Assembly (NCBI GenBank): GCA_043228905.1
Contig: JBHGNT010000006.1
Span: forward strand, 11,470,001 to 11,534,000
From: Azolla caroliniana
Taxonomy: Eukaryota > Plantae > Polypodiophyta
Direction: 5' to 3'
Length of the DNA: 64,000 nt
The position numbers and the translations under genes are program-made. The notes below the pieces were generated by a model, which worked only from the letters and a program-made list of their open reading frames with translations, had not been told where the DNA came from and searched no databases. Below, piece after piece: positions 61,732 to 64,000 of this stretch; position 1 is the stretch's first letter; each line of letters opens with the position of its first letter.

Positions 61732-62381
61732 TGTCGTGAAGATTTGTCACTACACTCGGATTGTGAGGCGGAACCGCCGGGGTCCTGGACCAGAAGGATT
61801 CGAAGTTTGTAGTAGCGAGAAAGTATTTAAGATAGATTGAAAGAGAGAGAGAGCTTGAGATAGAATAGAATGCTTGACTTTAGATTGAGAGAGATTAAGA
61901 TTGAACTCTTGACTTCAAATTTGAAGAACAAGATTGATACATTAATTGGATATCGAATTTCTTACTTTTAATTTCTTGAATAATACATCAATTGGATAAC
62001 GAATTTTCTTCTTAATATTAAATTTGATATAAAGTACAAAGCTCGCTTCATAAAAAATCCCCTTTTGCTTGATTCCTCCACTCTTTTATAGATGCCCCCA
62101 TGCATATGGTGCATGTGAGGGTGCAAGACATGCACGAAATGCATGAAATGCATGCAATGCATGCTTGACATGTCATCATCTAAGCTCTCACACATGAGAA
62201 TTTACATGTAAAGCTATAATGATAAAAATATAATCCTTAAAGAAATGGTTTGGCTTAATGATAAGCCTATTGCTTCCTATCTTGGAGGTGTTAGGTTCAA
62301 GTCTTGCTTAGATCTTTTTCTTTTATGCACAAAATACTATTAGGCTTTTGGACCAAATATCTTTAAGACACCATGCACCGT
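61732..62381 (-). mobile_element. Gypsy LTR related to 40618-41402, interrupted by the next element
   Basis: TGTCGTGAAG terminus; 61760-61840 is similar to the reverse complement of 41295-41375. Confidence 0.75.
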
Positions 62382-64000
62382 TGTCGAGGTATTCCTCGCG
62401 GATGCGTGGAATGAGGCGGAACCTTAGGGGTCCTGTACCAAAGAGCGAGAGAGGAAGGGGAAGAACCCTCTACGTGCGAGCGTAGATCCACAGGGACACG
62501 GCCCTTCGATGCAAAGACGCAAGTGGGACAGCGACACAGAAAGACACGAATGTATGTATGTATTAACAAAGACAAACAACAAGAACACGAAGACAACAAA
62601 ACACGAAGTCGGTTACAACCGAACAGGCCGGCGAACAGATGCCGATACCTGTTCGTAAACGCACGGAAAGACAGGAACAGGTTGGAGGTGCTGCCGGAAG
62701 CACTCGGGCATTCCTCAGAGCAGCGCGAGCCTCCCGAAACCTGCACAGAAGGAAGCTATGGAGTTTGTGAACCAGAGAGAGAGAGAGAAGCCTTCGCACG
62801 CAAACCGACAGCACTTCGTCCTCGACTCTCCGCGATCCCCTACCCTCCTCGTCTCCCTCCTTTTTATAGGCAAGGAAGGAGCCGTTTCCCCTTTACTCCC
62901 TACCTACCGAATCTACCTAGGATCTCCTACGTACAACTTAAGGCGCGCGTGCATGAAGAGTCGGTTTCTACGCTCCGGTGCACGGATTCCGCTCGTGGAC
63001 GGTTTTCTTCACGACATCCGCCCCCACCTAACCGTGCATCCACCGGCATGCGCCAAATTGTGTTGGGACGGAGAAAACCGGTCCAGCCTTCATTCCCCGC
63101 CCGTCGGTTCTTCCTCGGTTTTGGATCGTTCGTCGTCCCGGTCCAGGTTAACCGGATCCGGTTCGTTGTCGTGACGCTTCTTGAACGCTTTGATCCGCTT
63201 CCCAGCTACCGGTATCGCTATTCTTGTGCCGTCGAGTTCCGCCAGATGGTACATCCCGTTGTCGTTGGCGCTTTGTACCACGTAAGGCCTGAACCACCTT
63301 CTTGCGAACTTCCGTGTCGCTCGGTGCTGGTTGTCGAGGCTGCTGTCGTAGACTAGCACCCAGTCGCCTTCCTCGATCCTCTTCGGTCGGAGCCGGTGCG
63401 TTCGGTCGAACCGGGCTTTGTTCCTCGTCCTTGCCACTCGAAGCTTTCCCGTGGCCTGCTCCACATCCTCCGGTCTTCGCTCGAGCTGTCGTATGCGCGC
63501 CGCCAACAGTTCCTCCCGGCTCATCTCGTCTCTCCAGTCCACGGTTGCCCAAGAGGAGATCGTGCGTTCCATCGGCATGATCGACTTCTGCCCAAACATC
63601 AGCTCTGCCGGCATGAATCCGGTTACCGAACTGTGCGTAGTTCGGTCTGCCCACAACGCGTAAGGCAACAGCCGCGGCCAGTTCCCGACTTGACCTCCGC
63701 ATGCCCGAACCAACGCCTTGACGATCGGTCCGTGTCCGCGCTCCACCTTCCCATTCGCCTCCAGATTATACGCAGTGGTAAGCGAGAGCTTGAATCCTAG
63801 CCGATCGAACAGCTCCTCGGTCTCTTCGGCGTCCAACTCCCCGCGATCAGCCATTATCTTCCCGACGCACCTGTACCGACATATCACGTCCTCGATCAGG
63901 AACCGACATACGACCGCGGTCGTTTTGTTCTGAAGGGCCCGGCCTTCTACCTGGTTCGTCAGATCTTCCCGAGCCAGGACCAGATACCGCATCTGTCCTA
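62382..64000 (-). mobile_element. Ty3/gypsy relative of 19274-26605: 3' LTR 62382-63016, PPT, integrase 63090-63992; continues past the window
   Basis: The 300-aa ORF is highly similar to the integrase of 20155-23520. Confidence 0.95.

Overview
Plant nuclear DNA, probably from a non-seed vascular plant such as a fern (inferred from Tcn1-like and tRNA-Trp-primed gypsy elements, plant telomere repeats and plant-type FHIT). Most of the window is nested LTR retrotransposons, up to four levels deep. These comprise several Ty1/copia families, a self-priming Tcn1/Tf1-like chromovirus, one young and apparently intact tRNA-Trp-primed Ty3/gypsy element (19274-26605), a gag-only relative of it, and many solo LTRs. 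Host sequence is limited to three things. First, a damaged FHIT (HIT-family) gene on the minus strand (53611-56172), which has a 3-nt microexon, a U12 AT-AC intron, an exonic solo-LTR insertion and a mutated acceptor. Second, a duplicate of its promoter and first exon near 15.9 kb. Third, a higher-order tandem array of tRNA-Lys(CTT) genes and pseudogenes (57.7-60.4 kb). The most unusual recurrent signal is a tRNA-like Pol III (A-box/B-box) module, antisense to the element, inside LTRs of two unrelated gypsy lineages and in one copia leader. All coordinates were read by eye and no searches were run.
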